A stretch of DNA of 63,617 nucleotides, the filler included, from Reclinomonas americana ATCC 50394 (taxonomy: Eukaryota), in assembly GCA_048213135.1 (NCBI GenBank). It is 5 parts of 3 records of this genome, joined end to end, with 100 filler letters (N's around TTAATTAATTAA, not from the genome) between each part and the next. Parts side by side here need not be neighbours in the genome. Positions count along the whole stretch, not along the records: positions 33,880 to 62,042 come from PS015159.1; 4 more parts are not named here. One strand, 5' to 3'. The number at the start of each line of letters is the position of its first letter. Position 1 is the stretch's first letter. Positions 35,493-49,053 of this stretch are shown one piece after another. The notes beneath the pieces were generated by a model. That model ran no database searches. It was given only the letters and a program-made list of their open reading frames with translations, and had not been told where the DNA came from. A program made the position numbers and the translations under genes.

Positions 35493-38400
35493 ATGAGCGT
35501 CAAGCAGCTGCTGCAGCAAGCACGCAGTGCTATCAATGGAGAAGCGTGGCGGGAAGTGCTGCAGCTGTGCGAGGAGGCGCGTGGATACTCACACGCACAC
35601 TCACACACTGAGCTTGCTGCTCACTCACTTTCTCTCTCACTCCAGGTTCTGCGACTCGACTCGCGCTCGTACTATGCTCGTTTGTTTGAGGGATTGGCGT
35701 ATAGCAAGCTGAATGCGCATCGTGAGGCGGAGAATGCGTATCGTGAGGCGATTGCGATTGATGGTGCCAATGTGCAGGCGTGGAAGGTGAGGTGGAGAGT
35801 GGGGGAAAGGGGAAAGGGAGAGTGAGCAGTGTTGCATGCGCTTCCCTCGGACTGCCTCGCGGCTGACACGCGTTCCTGCATCGTACATTACACAACAGAG
35901 AGTGAAAGCTCACGAGTGACCACAACACCCCACTGCATTCGCTTCCTGCTTTCTCTCTTTCCCCTTTCCCCTGTCAACTTCCACAGCAAGCAGCAGGGGG
36001 CGAGCTGTCTCGTCCTCTCTTGCATCTCCTTTCTCCTGATTGAGTACTGCACCACCCTCAGCATTTCCATCATCCATGATAGCGTCGTCAGGTCACTGCA
36101 TCACGCAGCTGAGCCAAGGGCGAAGGCAGTGAGAACTCTGGTCCTGCACTCTTTGCATGCCCTTCTCCCCTGTCTTCACGATTGAGTTCTGCGCTACTAT
36201 CAGCATTTCCTTCGTCCATGTTAGCGTCGTTGAGCTCACTGCATCACGCAACTGAGAACCACTGCACTCTTTGCATGCAATCTCTCCTGTCTTCATGAGT
36301 GAGTACTGCGCCACTATCCGCATTTCCTTCGTCCATGTTTTCGTCGTTGAGCACATCGCATCACGCAACTGAGAGTCAAGGGCAAAGTGAGTGAGAACTC
36401 TGGTCCTGCACGCTTTGCATGCCCTTCTCTCTTGTCTTCGTAATTGAACACTCAGAGCATCCCCTGCGGTCCCTTGAGCCATGTTAGGGTCGTTGAGACA
36501 ACGTAATACAGTGAGCTAACAGAACGAGTGACAGCAGAAATGCTACTAGTCAATCTGGACTACAGAAGAGTTTCTCCTGCGGTCTCACCATCCTTTTCTA
36601 CCTGCCTATCTCCTTTCCTCCTTTCCTTATCCTCCTTCCCCTTCCCCTCATCCCCCTTCCCCCCTTCCCCCTCTCCCAGGGCCTCTGCGAACTTCAAGAG
36701 GGCCGCCGTGATCGAGCACCGCTCCTGCCCACCTACCTCCAGCTGGCCAAGTTGTCTCCCAAGTTCTGTTCTCTTTGTCATACTCATCCCACCACCCCTA
36801 CTGCTCTTGTCTCACCATTACCGACAGCGATGTGGCGAAGCGTGACGATTATGTCAACAAGGCGCTGCGAGTTGCAGCCGATCTCAATCGCCTCGCAGTT
36901 GCGTGCTCTCTCTCTCTCTCTCGGTCCTTTCCTTCGTTACTGGAAACTCATCGCGACGTAGGAACTCGTGTCCACGGCACTGGAACTCGCCACACTCTTC
37001 ACCGACCCCACCGTCCTCCATCGCGCATGTGAGGCCACCGTTGCCAGCAACCGCGATCTGGCTGCCGAGGATGTGGTACGTGACACGTTGAATGATGCAA
37101 CTCTCATCAATCTTCCTTCCTCCCTCACCCCCTCCGCAGTTGGAGCCGCTGCTGGTGGCCTGTCTCGACACGGGTTCTTCGTGCCCGCTGATCGCGCTCG
37201 AGGCCATGGCGAGACGTCGCATCAAGACGCAGCTGTCGAGTGCGGATCCGGAGCAAGATGAAGTGGTGTGTGCAGAGTATGTTCGTCATCATCGTCTCCA
37301 TTGCATGCTGACTCTGTGATGACGGCGTGCAAGATCGTTTCGCTGCTGTTTCGCATCTTCCACGATCGACCAGAGAGCTATTTTGCCGCCGAATCGTTGC
37401 TGCTCTTGTCGGAGGAGATCACGGGTTCGCCATCCGTTGCCTGTCTGCACGCTTCGTGAAACGCACTTTCACACCCTTCTGTCATCGCCGCAGACGCTCG
37501 TCTCAACTTTGTGGCGCTGCGCAACCTGATTCTGCACCTCTGGCCCTTCTCGCCGCTGAGCTTGGCGCTCCTCTCCGCCTTTGTGCTGTCGTGTCGCGAG
37601 GTCGACGAGACGCAGCAGAAGCGAGCTGCCGAGGCACTGCGTGGGATTCTCAACAGCGCGTCGTCCGGCGTGACGTGGGTGAGTAACGCAGATGGCGCAG
37701 TTGTCGACGCCGGCTCACTCACGGCAAAAAATGTGTTGCAGATTGGGGGATGGCGTGCACTGATTGCCTTTGATTTGGCCGCGGGCTCCTCCCAGTCGGC
37801 AGCCGATGCTTCCGATCGTGCGCTCGACCTCGTCAATGATCGCTCCGCCACCATGTGGCACACGCAGGGCTCGTTTGTCAAGTTGCGCGCGTGCATGTGC
37901 ATTGCGCGAGGGGGAAAGAGCTGACTGTGTTCGCAGCCTGATTTCGGAGATCTACATGGAGCGTGCCGAAGCTCTTTTGCGATCTGGAGACTCGGTGGCC
38001 GCCCTGCAGCAGTACGATGAGTTGCTGGCCCGACAACCCGACAATCTGCGCGCCAGCAAGGTTCGTAACAAAGATCGCGAGTGTCAGGCACTTCGATCCA
38101 TCCTCATGCTGCTCGTGTACGCAGGGCAAAGTCGAGGCCATGTTGGACCTGGGCGATCGCACGGGTGCGCGTGCGCTTCTGCACGCCATCTGCAACGACC
38201 CGGTGCTGGTGGCCAGGGGTGGTGCTCCGTGGTTCGACAGCTTGTGCGGCTGGCTCATGTACGAAGACGAGGCCTCTAGCCGTCTGGATGCCGCACTGGC
38301 ACTCATGGAGCGCTCTGTGGCGTCGCCCGTCAGTGTCGAGTCGGTGTTCTTTTACCGTCTCGGCCGTGCGCTGTGGGAGAATCGAGGTTTGTTGTGCACT

Positions 38401-41400
38401 CTGCTGCTCCCACCGCCCCCAGCCTTCGCATTCACCTCGCCCTTGCACCATGCGCGACAGCTTCGCTGCCGGAGGCATCGCGAGCACGTGCACTGCAGAT
38501 GCTTCTCCGTGCCGCCAAACTCGATCAGAATCACGCTCGCACCTTTGCATTGCTGGGCGCGTACTATCAGGAGACTCACGACATGGAGCGTGCCAAAAAG
38601 TGCTTTGTCCGCGGTTCGTGTACTCCTCCATTCCGTCTCTCTCTTTTTTTCGCATCTCGACTGACTGCGCGTGTTTGTGTATGGTAGCGGTGACACTGGA
38701 TGCGGACGAGGCGAGTGCGGGCGTGGCCCTGAGTGACATGTACCTGGCCAACGGGCAGGAGACTCTGGCGGTGGATTTGTGGCGGCGAGCTACCGAGGCC
38801 TCGACGCAGGCACACTGGGCGTGGCTTCGGCTCGGCGTTCACGAAAAGGTAATCGTTGATGACTTCTTCACACCGCCCGCCTGTTTGTGTGACTGACGCT
38901 GCCGGCGCAGAACCACGGGCGCTTTGACGAAGCCGTGCTGGCCTTCCAGCGTGCACTCCGTGTGTACATTAATGATCTGCAGTCGTGGGTTTGCCTCTCC
39001 GAGGCCTACACCATGCAGGGCAAGTATCTGTCGGCGCTAAAGACTGTCACACGTGCCATCACGCTGGCCAACCAGCTGGAGCGAGAGCGTGGCGACGGCG
39101 TGCACTTGGCCGTGTATCCCATGTTCCTCCGTGCACGCATCAAGCAGGTGTTCGGGTTGCCGGTGGACTCGATTGTCGAGGTGCATTTTCCCAGTCTCAT
39201 GATATGTGTGTGTGTCACACATCACTGACCGACTGCATGCCTGCACGTAGTACGAGTCGGTGATTCGCCGATTCCCCACCTTCCTGCCGGCGTTGTACGG
39301 CTGCTCGTGTGTGCTGATGGAGTTGGCTCGTGATGAGAAGCGCGACAGTCAGAGCACTGTGTGCTCGATGCATGTCGCGCGTGCACTCGAGCTGAATCAC
39401 CAGGCGTTGGCGTTGTGCCAGTTTCGTTCATACATTCGTCCTCTTTGATTTCATCCGCCCCCTCTTTTCTAACTCGGTGTGCGCAGCGAGGACGCAAGCA
39501 TGACTGGCGTTTTGCAGAAAATGAATGTCGACTTGAGTCTGATTGTGGCCGACCTCACCACCGGCGCGCCCATCTCCAAGGCACTCACACTGGCACTCGG
39601 ACTGTACGGGCTCGTTGTGGACGAGCGACTTGCACATGTGCGTGCCTTCTGCACTCTGTATCTCTGCCACTCTTTGTGCCTCACTCGCAGTTGCCCACAG
39701 GGTCACTTGTCTCGCCACGTGCGACTGCAAGTGTTGCGCCTGGGTGAGCTGTGTGCACGCAAGTGCGTGGCGTGTGCTTCGCAGCCACCGTCCGCATCGA
39801 TAAGCGGGGTGCAGAGTGCCACATTCCAGCAGGATCGGCTGAGCAACAGCCGACTCGATCTGTGCAACGTGCTGCATCGGTTGGCCAGTGCTGATGCCGA
39901 TGTGCGTCGAAATTAACAACTTGTTGGATGAATTTAGGAAGGAGTCTCACACCGTCGCTCTCTTTATGATGCAGCGCGCGCCTCTGTACCTGGAAGAGGC
40001 GCAGAAGGTCGTCACCGAGTGCTTGGTGGAGGCGCCACTCTCCGATGCGCTGTGGATTGCGCGTGGTCTGGTGGAGACCGACGCCAACAAGCGGCAGCAC
40101 TGCTTTGTGCGAGCCACGAAGATCAATCCGAAGGTAAGCAACTGCAGAGTCTTTCTCTCATTGTCACTGCCACTCATGTCGTGCAACAACAGAGCTACAA
40201 GGCCTGGCTGTGTCTCGGTCACCTGTACCTGGTGCACGGCCGCCTGGACGCCGCGCAGCAGGCGCTCGAAACGAGTCAGTCACTCGAGCCTGAGCAGTCG
40301 CGTGCTTGGGCGCTGTTGAGTGTGTTGCAGGAGTTGCACACGACGGGACTCTCTCCGGTTTGCGCCCATCCTCTCTCTCCGTGCTCGTCCTCGTTCTCTC
40401 TCACTGCTCACTGCGGCGCAGACGTCTCGCGAGTTGCGAGTCAGCCTGCGTAAATACCTCGATGCGTGCGAGCAGGCCATATACTTCCGAGCTCGGGTGC
40501 GTGCACGATGCCAGTCGCTTCCTGCTTTGTATGTATATGCTGATGGCGCGCGTGACAGGCCGAAGCCCTGGAGAGTCTCGGTCTGGCGTTGATACGCGAA
40601 GGGAAAATCGAGCAGGCGCTGCATGTGCTCAAGTGGTGCTGCGACATTTCACCGCATCGCGTATCGGCGCACTACGTGTTGGGAGTCGCCTGCGAGCAAC
40701 TCGGCCTGTTTGAACGTGCGCATGACGAGTACCGCTGCGCCCTCACGCTGCTGGTGGAGCAAGCTGCAGAGGTTAGCAACCTATCGCATCGTTGAATCCT
40801 CTGTTGCCTCTGACAGCACCTGTGCAGGAAACGGCGCCGGAGTGGATTGTGGCCGCAGACAGCTCTGGGGTACAGCGACGCGAGTGGGGTGCACGAGATC
40901 ACAGTCGATTCCAGAGTGTGGTGCGCCTCGGCATCGCACGCGTGTTGGTGGCCAGTGGCAGGGCACGTGAGGCCGGCAGTGTGTTGGCTGATGTTGCGCG
41001 CTCTCTCCGTGTTGTTGTCGCTGCTGCTGTTGCATATATACTGAATCCACTCGCTGCAGGTGGATGAGGCAGCCGCGCCGTCAGCAATGTTGGCCGCCAC
41101 CCGTGCCCTCGTCCACCACGCGTCGGATGAACTTGGCGAGTGTCTGACACAGGTGGCAAAACTGGAGGAGGTGACTGTCGGCACCAAGGTCAGTGAGCAT
41201 GTGTGTGTATTGTCCCCCTGCTGCCGATTCGCGTGCTGATGCGTTTGCGGGGGAGAAGGATGCGGACATGGCCGCGGCGGCTGGTGAGCTGGCTCGTGCG
41301 CTCCTGCTTGGCGATCCTTGTCCCTCGATTGCAGCATGGCAGCAAAAGACGAGTGTGCGGTACGTCGTGCTGTTTTTCATATATCGTTTTCGGATATGAT

Positions 41401-43086
41401 GCTGAATGTGTGCGAGTGCTGGTGCAGTGCCCTTGCTGCTCGTGTGCTGGCCACTCTCCGCCGATGGGACGACGTCGGAACACTGTTGTATGACTCTGCC
41501 GAGGCACCACTCACCGACCAAGAACTGATTGCCAAGGCGCTGTCGTACCTGCGACTGGTGTGTCTCCTGCTTCTCGGCTGTGATGTCGATTGCTGGCGTC
41601 TCACTGTTGTCGTGCAGAGCGACATGGATGGCTACACTCAATTCAACATGTCGGTGAATCGCAAGACCACACAATCGGCGCGGTGGCGTCTGCTGACCAC
41701 TCTCCTGCGACTGCCGACTGCGTACTCCAATCCGGTGGACATTAAGAACACGTTTGGAACATTGACGGAGGTGCTGACGGCCATGCGCAAGGACTCAACG
41801 TTGCGCACTTCTCCCCTCTCTGCAGTCGATTCGTGTTCCTCACGTTGTCCTCCACAGTGTGTCGCGTCCGGTGTTCCGCATCGCCCTCGCCACCATGTGC
41901 ATGTTTGTGGTGGATGTGGCACACGTCCCGAATGCATTCGACTCGGTGGTGGCAAGGGAGGCCATTAATGAGGCGTACACGTGGGCCGCCGATCTCGTGC
42001 GCTCTGATCCGGGTAAGTGATAACACGCACTTTCATTCACAACAAACTTACGGACTGACTGACTGATCTTGGCTGCTTGCAGAGGACGCGACTGCACTGC
42101 ATCTGCTGTCGGTGGCGGCCACACTGCGTGCGCGGGTACGTCACACCGAGGGCGACTGGAAGACAGCCAGTGCTGCCATTGCTCTGCACGTTGTTGCGTA
42201 ATGGAGTTGCGCGGGGCGCTGATTTGAAGTATTTCCCACTCACCACACCTCGCCGCAGCACGTGAATCCCGTCGATGGCGAGCGACTGCGTCAGGCTGTG
42301 CAGAGCGAGTTGCAATCGGCTGAGCGCCTGCGAACACCGCTGGAGTCGTGCCGTTTGGTGCTGGAGCGAGCCACATCGTTGGCCCCGTTGGACCCTATGC
42401 AAGCACTCAAGGTGCGCATCTCTCCTTCCTTTCCTCGCCCGCACTCTTTTCTTCACGGTGCTGACGATGCCCGCACGCTACAGGATGTGGCACTGGTTCT
42501 GCTCAACATGGGTCGTCTCGACGAGGCGTGTGCGGCGTTGAGTGCGCTGAACGAGGTGGCGTCGGGCGACGCATCGGTGCAGCCGTGGAAGGTGGTGTAC
42601 GCATACGCGCTGCTGCAGACGGGCGCCGCCGAGGGCGCACACAAGGAGCTGAACACTTATGTCACGCGCGGATCGGGGACGGAGAGCTCACTCGGTCGCC
42701 TGATTCTCGCCCAGGCGCTGCTGGCGCTCGGCCGCGCCGACAAGGCCGAGAAGGCCGCCGAGTACGCGCTCTCCCTCGATCGCCGCCTCCCGCTCGCCAA
42801 CTTTTGCGTGTACCGTGCGCGCTACGACCAGCAGCAGTACGAGGCCGCCCTGGACCCGCTGGTCCGAGAAACCACCCTGTTCCCGCTGGAGGCCGATCTC
42901 CACTTTGAGCTGGCCAACTTTGCGTTCGAGAGCAACGATCCGCTGTCGGCACGCACGCATCTGCACCGCGCCGCTCACATTGATCCAAGTCGACCCGAGT
43001 TCGCGGAAGCTCTTGGCGCTTTGCAAGAGGCACTACGCAATCATCAGCCGGCGGCAGCCACAGCAGCGGCACCAGCAGACGAGTAA
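35493..43086 (+). CDS. SKI3: Superkiller complex TPR protein SKI3/TTC37 (about 25 exons)
   Basis: N-terminus MSVKQLLQQARSAINGEAWREVLQLCEEVLRLDSRSYYARLFEGLAY...QAWKGL matches the recalled TTC37 start. Also RAAKLDQNHARTFALLGAYY..RAKKCF, AHWAWLRLG, FQRALR, YTMQGKYLSALK and RQHCFVRATKINP. Confidence 0.88.
36015..36500. repeat. Degenerate tandem repeat (about 120-145 bp unit, about 3.5 copies) inside SKI3 intron 2
   Basis: Recurring blocks CTCTTTGCATG, GAGT(A/T)CTGC, GCATTTCC..CCATG, GCATCACGCA(A/G)CTGAG and GTGAGAACTCTGGTCCTGCAC. Confidence 0.85.
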
Positions 43087-43188
43087 ATTACATTAGAAAC
43101 GGCGCATTTGCGCGGGTCCAATTGGAGGATGACGTCATTCACCCGCAAAATTGACCACAAACCCCTTCGCGCGCGCACACACACACTC

Positions 43189-46100
43189 ATGCGCGACAAC
43201 CTGCAAGAGCAACTTGCGTGGTTGGAGCAGGCGAGTGAGGCCTGTGGAGATGCGAATCACATGCGCGCACAAGGCTTTCGCTTCTCTGGCCTCATTGGTG
43301 GCGACGACCAGTGCTGTGAGAGGAGAGCACAAGCACCACAACAACAAGCACAGTGAGTGACACACAAACACACGCACACACACACACACGCACACAGTGA
43401 CTTACTTTCTCTCTCTCTCTCTCTCTCTCTCTTTCATCAGATACACATTCGAGACATTCAATGGACCCGCGCCACCTCGTGTCAAGGCTCCTCCTCTGCC
43501 TGTGCGACCACCTCCTCCACCCCCTGTGTCCTCCTCTGTCACAGCGCGTCCAGTGGCAGTCACACGGACTGCCAGTGCGGGAGCAGAGCCACATCGCTCA
43601 TCATCACCCATTCGCATGATCGCACCGGTGAGACAAGTGGGGGAGAGAGAGAGAGAGCTTGTGTGTTTCTCACCTCTCGCCACGCAGAGCACGGGAGTCT
43701 CCGTTGCAACTGCGTCTTCTGTGGCGAGACCCATGATGGCCTCTGGCGGTGGTGGTGGTGCTGGTGGTGGTGCTGGAGGAGGGGGACGATCGCAGACACC
43801 GGTGGATGCGTTTGATCTGGACGACGACTTTCTGGCGACTGTGGTGCCGCCGCCGCAGCGCACTCCACAGCCGCCTGTGGCCAGGGCGCTGTACACTCCA
43901 CAGCCCATGGCTGCTCCGTCGCCGTTGCCGTATCATCAACAACAACAACAGCAGCAGCAGCCGCAATCAGCGTCGCGCAGTGCGCAGCAACTGGGTGGCG
44001 ATGAAGTGGCGACGAAGCGAGTGCGGCTGGAGCAGACGCGGGTGCGATTGATTGGCGAACTGCGCAAGCTGGTGGCGGTGTTGAGTGCGCCGGATCGTGA
44101 GACGCCCGCGCGTCGACAGGAGCGTGGGGATTTGGAGGACATGATGTTGCGTGAGCTTTTTGTTTTTAGCGTGCGATGCTCGCCTTTCTCACGATCATCG
44201 CAGCTCCCTGCTTACTGGCGTGGAGGAGGAAACGAAGCAGTGGTTGGCCACGCACGCCCCACTCGACGACATCACTCCACCCTCCACGCAGCAGTTTGCT
44301 GCCATGGCGGGCGGCGGTGGCGGCGGCGGCTGTGCACCTACACCCGCACCACCACCGCCGCCGCGTCCTGCCGCGCCCGGCTTTCTCGCGCCTCCGCAGT
44401 CACCGTTCTCTGTCGACTATAGCTCACGTGGCTCCGTGCCGCTGTCATCACCGGCGGCCAATGGTGCCACATCCACGAGCGTCACACCGTCGCGCAACTA
44501 CCCGCCCTTGTCGTCGACACCGTCGAACAATTTCCAGCCGCCGGCACCGCGCTCCTCTGCTGCGCCACCACCGTCCGCTCCATCGCCGCAACCCGAGTTC
44601 CTCGATCTGGAAGGTACATGCAGAGTGCTTGCCTTTTGCACATTGACAGTATCGCACACCCTCACCCCGTGCCCTGCAGAACTGAGTGCGGAGGAGACGA
44701 TGAAAATGTTCATGCAGGTCGGTCAGTCGCACTTGCAGTACAGCGGTGGTGCTCCAGGTTCTGCCCCCATGGGTGGCAGCATGGGTGGCGGTGGCGGCGG
44801 CGGCGGCGGCGGCGGTGGTGGTGGTGGTTTCTCCTCGGGGTCTGTGTCTGCACTGCTCCGAGTACTCCATCCACCGACTCATGTCGTTGTACTTTGCTCA
44901 GATATGGTGGCGACTATGGCGGCTTTGCTTCCGGCAGTCTCAGTGGAGCTGGTGGTGGTGCGGGAGCCAGTTCGTTCCCGGGCAGCTTGGCTCCTCGCGG
45001 ACCCTCTGTCGCTGCACCATGTTGCGCTTCTTCTCAAAGCCCTCTCATATATTTCCCTCCCTGGTCTCTTCACTCATCACTTGTTCTCTCCTTGCGCAGC
45101 GACGGCATGGACGCGCGAGGATTTCGATGTGCTGCAGCCAGCGCAGTTTGCTGGCGAAAAGTTCCCGTGGTCGCAGGCGTTGCGCTTTGAGCTGGGTCAG
45201 GTGTTTGGTCTCACCTCATTCCGCCCCAACCAACTGGAGGCCATCAACGCCGCCATGGCCCACCGTGATGTATTTGTGCTCATGCCCACCGGTGGTGGCA
45301 AGTCGCTGTGCTACCAGTTGCCGGCCGTCACCTCTCCAGGAGTCACGATTGTCATCTCGCCGCTCCTGTCACTGATCGAGGACCAGGTGTCGACTCTGAT
45401 CTCGCTCAACGTCGGCGCCGGCTTCATCACGGGCGACACGTCGCTGGAGGACCGCAACAAATTCCGACAGGATTTCGAGAGCGCCAGCCCGCTGACCAAG
45501 TTGCTGTATGTGACGCCCGAAGGCGTTTCGGCCAGCAAGGCTCTGCTGTCGTCGCTGCACCGTCTGGCGGCACGCGGTCTCTTGTCGCGCTTGGTCATTG
45601 ACGAGGCACACTGCATCAGCAGCTGGGGCCACGATTTCCGCCCCGATTACCGCAATCTGAGCACTCTGCGGCACGAGTTCCCCAATGTTGCGTCGCGCGT
45701 CGAGCACACTCACATTTCTTTCCATATCTCATGCTTTCTGTCGCTGCCAGGTGCCCATCATGGCCCTCACCGCCACTGCGACGCATCGAGTGCGCTCCGA
45801 CATTATTCACAACCTGGGCTTGCGCGCCCCCTGCACATATGTCACCTCATTCAACCGGCCCAATCTGGAGTACCGCGTGGAGCCCAAGCGCAAGGCTTGT
45901 CTCCGTCACTTCCCCCAGTCTTCTGCAGTTGTCTCCTTCGCCCGCTGACTTGCTCCCTTGTCCTTCAGTCGGTGGTCAAGGACATGGCCGACATTATCAA
46001 GAAGCAATTCAAGCAGCACTCGGGCATCGTGTACTGCCTCTCGCAGAAGGACTGTGAGAATGTGGCCGAAGAGCTGTGCTCATTCGGCATCACTGCGCGG

Positions 46101-48987
46101 CACTATCACGGTGCCATGAACCCGATCGAGCGTCGCCAGGTGCAACGCGACTGGACCACGGATCGCGTTCGTGTCATGGTGGCCACCGTGGCCTTTGGGA
46201 TGGGTATCGACAAGGCCGACGTGCGCTTCGTGTTCCATCACGCCGTACCGAAAAGCCTCGAGGGCTACTACCAGGAGGCCGGGCGTGCCGGTCGTGACGG
46301 CCAGAAGAGTCTGTGCGTGCTGTTCTGGGCGTTTGGCGATCGGGTACGTGCAGTTGTCTTGCGTGTTTCTGCTGTGTGCATGTGCATGCTCATTGCCCCC
46401 ACCCATCACTATCCCAGCAACGCCAAATGAGCATGATCAAGCGCGACGATGGTCCGCGTGAGAATGTGCCGGCCAAACTCGACGCCCTGCGCAAAATGTG
46501 CCTCTACGCACAGAACCAGCTCGATTGTCGACGTGTCCTGCAATTGCAGCACTTTGGCGAAAAGTTCGACCCGCAGCTGTGCCACGGAACGTGTGACAAT
46601 TGTCGGCGAAGCATGCCGTTTGTGGAGGAGGACGTGACGTCGGCCGTGCGAGACTTGCTCAGCCTGCTGCAGGAGCACTTGTCTCGCAACGACCAGTGCA
46701 CACTACTGCAGCTGCTGGACTCGTTCTCCGGCGTGCGCAAGGCCTCCAAGCGCTTCGCGTACCCCACGTTTCCGGGATATGCGTCCTCGAAAAAGTACGC
46801 CTATCTCAAGAACAAGGACAAGGTGCGCGCGTTTGGCGAGTTCCTCATTCTCGAGGGCATTTTGGAGGAGAACTACACGGAGGGCCAGTATTCCATGCTG
46901 GTGTACGTGGTGGTGCGTTGCAGTGTGCTGTTTGTTGGGAGAAGGGACGTTAACATGCAGAGCTGAAAAAACATTGTTCTGTGTGTCATGCAGCGCAATG
47001 AGCAAGTGTGCTCAGAGATCATGAGCGGCCGGCGCAAGGTCCTGTTCAAAATCATTGGCGAGGTCAGTGGCGATGCATGTGTGTCAATTACCCTTTGCGT
47101 CTAATCACCGCGATTGGCAGGGAAAGCGCAAGCCGGCAGCCAAGGAAGGAGGTACGCGCTTTCTGTATTCATGGTACGATCGTGGCAGCGCGTCTCACAT
47201 CGTCTCATGCACGCAGGCGACGAGGCCGCAGAGGGTGCAGAGTCGGCCAAGAACAAGAAGACCGCCGCTGCTGGTGCCGCCGGCGCAGCTGCTCGGCCAG
47301 CACGAACGCCACCCAAGCGCCGACTGCCCAAGGGCATTGCCGCCGACGACGATGGCGACGAAGGAGGAGGAGGTATCGACACCGTCGACCTCACCAAGGA
47401 TCGCGATGCATCGTCTGCGGCCGTTCGTCGTGGTGGTGGTGGTGGTGGTGACGACGACGAATCCGATGGCGAGCTGCTGTGGGAGCCGCCGTCAAAGGCG
47501 GCGACGCAGAGTCGATTGAGACGCAAGCTCTCGTCCTCTGGTGCGCTGACGACGACGCCAACGGCGAAGCCGTCCAACAGTGCGTCGGCGAAACCGAGTC
47601 GGCCGGCCGCCACCGCCGCCGCCGCCGCCGCAGCAGCGCCACTCTCCGACGACTCGGACGACGTGGTGCTGCCTCTCATCGGTGACTCGTCGGAGGACGA
47701 GGTGAGCGAGGGCGAAAAGGAGGTCGCCGAGAAGGTGGACGATGACTCGGAGCACAGCGACGAGGAAGATTTTGTCAGCAGTGCGCGCAAGAAGGCGCAA
47801 ATGGCCGCTGCTGCAAGCGCGGCAGCTGCCGCCGCGGCCGGTTTNNNNNNNNNNNNNNNNNNNNNNNNNNNNNNNNNNNNNNNNNNNNNNNNNNNNNNNN
47901 NNNNNNNNNNNNNNNNNNNNNNNNNNNNNNNNNNNNNNNNNNNNNNNNNNNNNNNNNNNNNNNNNNNNNNNNNNNNNNNNNNNNNNNNNNNNNNNNNNNN
48001 NNNNNNNNNNNNNNNNNNNNNNNNNNNNNNNACGACGAACTCACTGGCTGATGGCACGCACAGGTATTGGTCGTCTTCGCGAGTGTATCCCGTTCGTGAA
48101 CTACTTCCGACGAAAGATGCACGAGGCCGATCCCAAAAAGTTCCCTGCACCGACACCCGAAGACGCCATCACGGACGAGGAGCAGATTCGGGAGCTGGAG
48201 GAGGAGGCCCGTCTGAAGGCCCCCGAGCCACTCTCCCTTGCCGAGCTGGTCAGGAAAGCAGCGCATCCGAACGGGTCACCACCTGCCATGTTGCGTGTTT
48301 TTTTTGTTTGTGAAGTCGATGCCTTCCTCCGCAGCTCACAACTGTCTCTTGCCGCTACGTTTGCAGAGGCGGCAGAGGCTCGCCCGGTGCCATGTTGCGT
48401 GTGTGTGTGTTTTTTTTTATGAAGCCGATTCCCCCACAGCTGACAATTGCCTCTTGTCACCACCTTGCAGGGGCAGCAGAGGCTCGCCCGGTGCCGATGT
48501 GACCGTGTACTCGATGAACTCGTCGACAGCGTCCTCGTCGAGTCTCATCACACCGGCGCAGACGGGGAAGCGCACACGCTCGCCCGACTTTTTCGCCGAT
48601 TTTGACTCGCCAGACTCGGAGGAGCTTGGTGTGTCGTCGCACACGATGCAACAAACAAATCTCCCGCTGTTGCTCACTGCGTTACACACAGAGAAAGTGC
48701 TGGAGAAGCTGGAGAGTCCCGAAAACCCGCCGCTGTTGAAACGGCGCAAGACGGACTCTGACGAGAAAAAGAAGCGGCTGCAGCAGCGACGTCTGGGAGG
48801 CAGTGACGATGACGAAGACGAGGACGGTGATGATGATGATGATGACGACGACGACGACGATTACAGCAAGCCGCCGAAGCGGTTGCCGTCAACAGCAGTA
48901 TCGTCGACACGACCAACGGGGCCGGGAGACGGTGGATCCGTTCGACCCGGGAATCCGTTCGTGCCGGCCTCGGCGCTGCGCAAGTAA
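43189..48987 (+). CDS. BLM: RecQ DNA helicase, BLM/Sgs1 type (helicase + RQC; HRDC probably partly in the gap)
   Basis: Starts MRDNLQEQLAWL. Motifs FRPNQLEAINA, MPTGGGKSLCYQLP, VIDEAHCISSWGHDFRPDY, MALTATAT, SGIVYC, ATVAFGMGIDKADVRFV, YYQEAGRAGRDG and Zn-binding CRRVLQLQHFGE..C..CDNC. Confidence 0.93.
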
Positions 48988-49053
48988 TGGTGATTTTGTT
49001 GCCTGTTATTGTGTTTATGAATTGTGTGTAACATGATGATGATGATGTCTACG

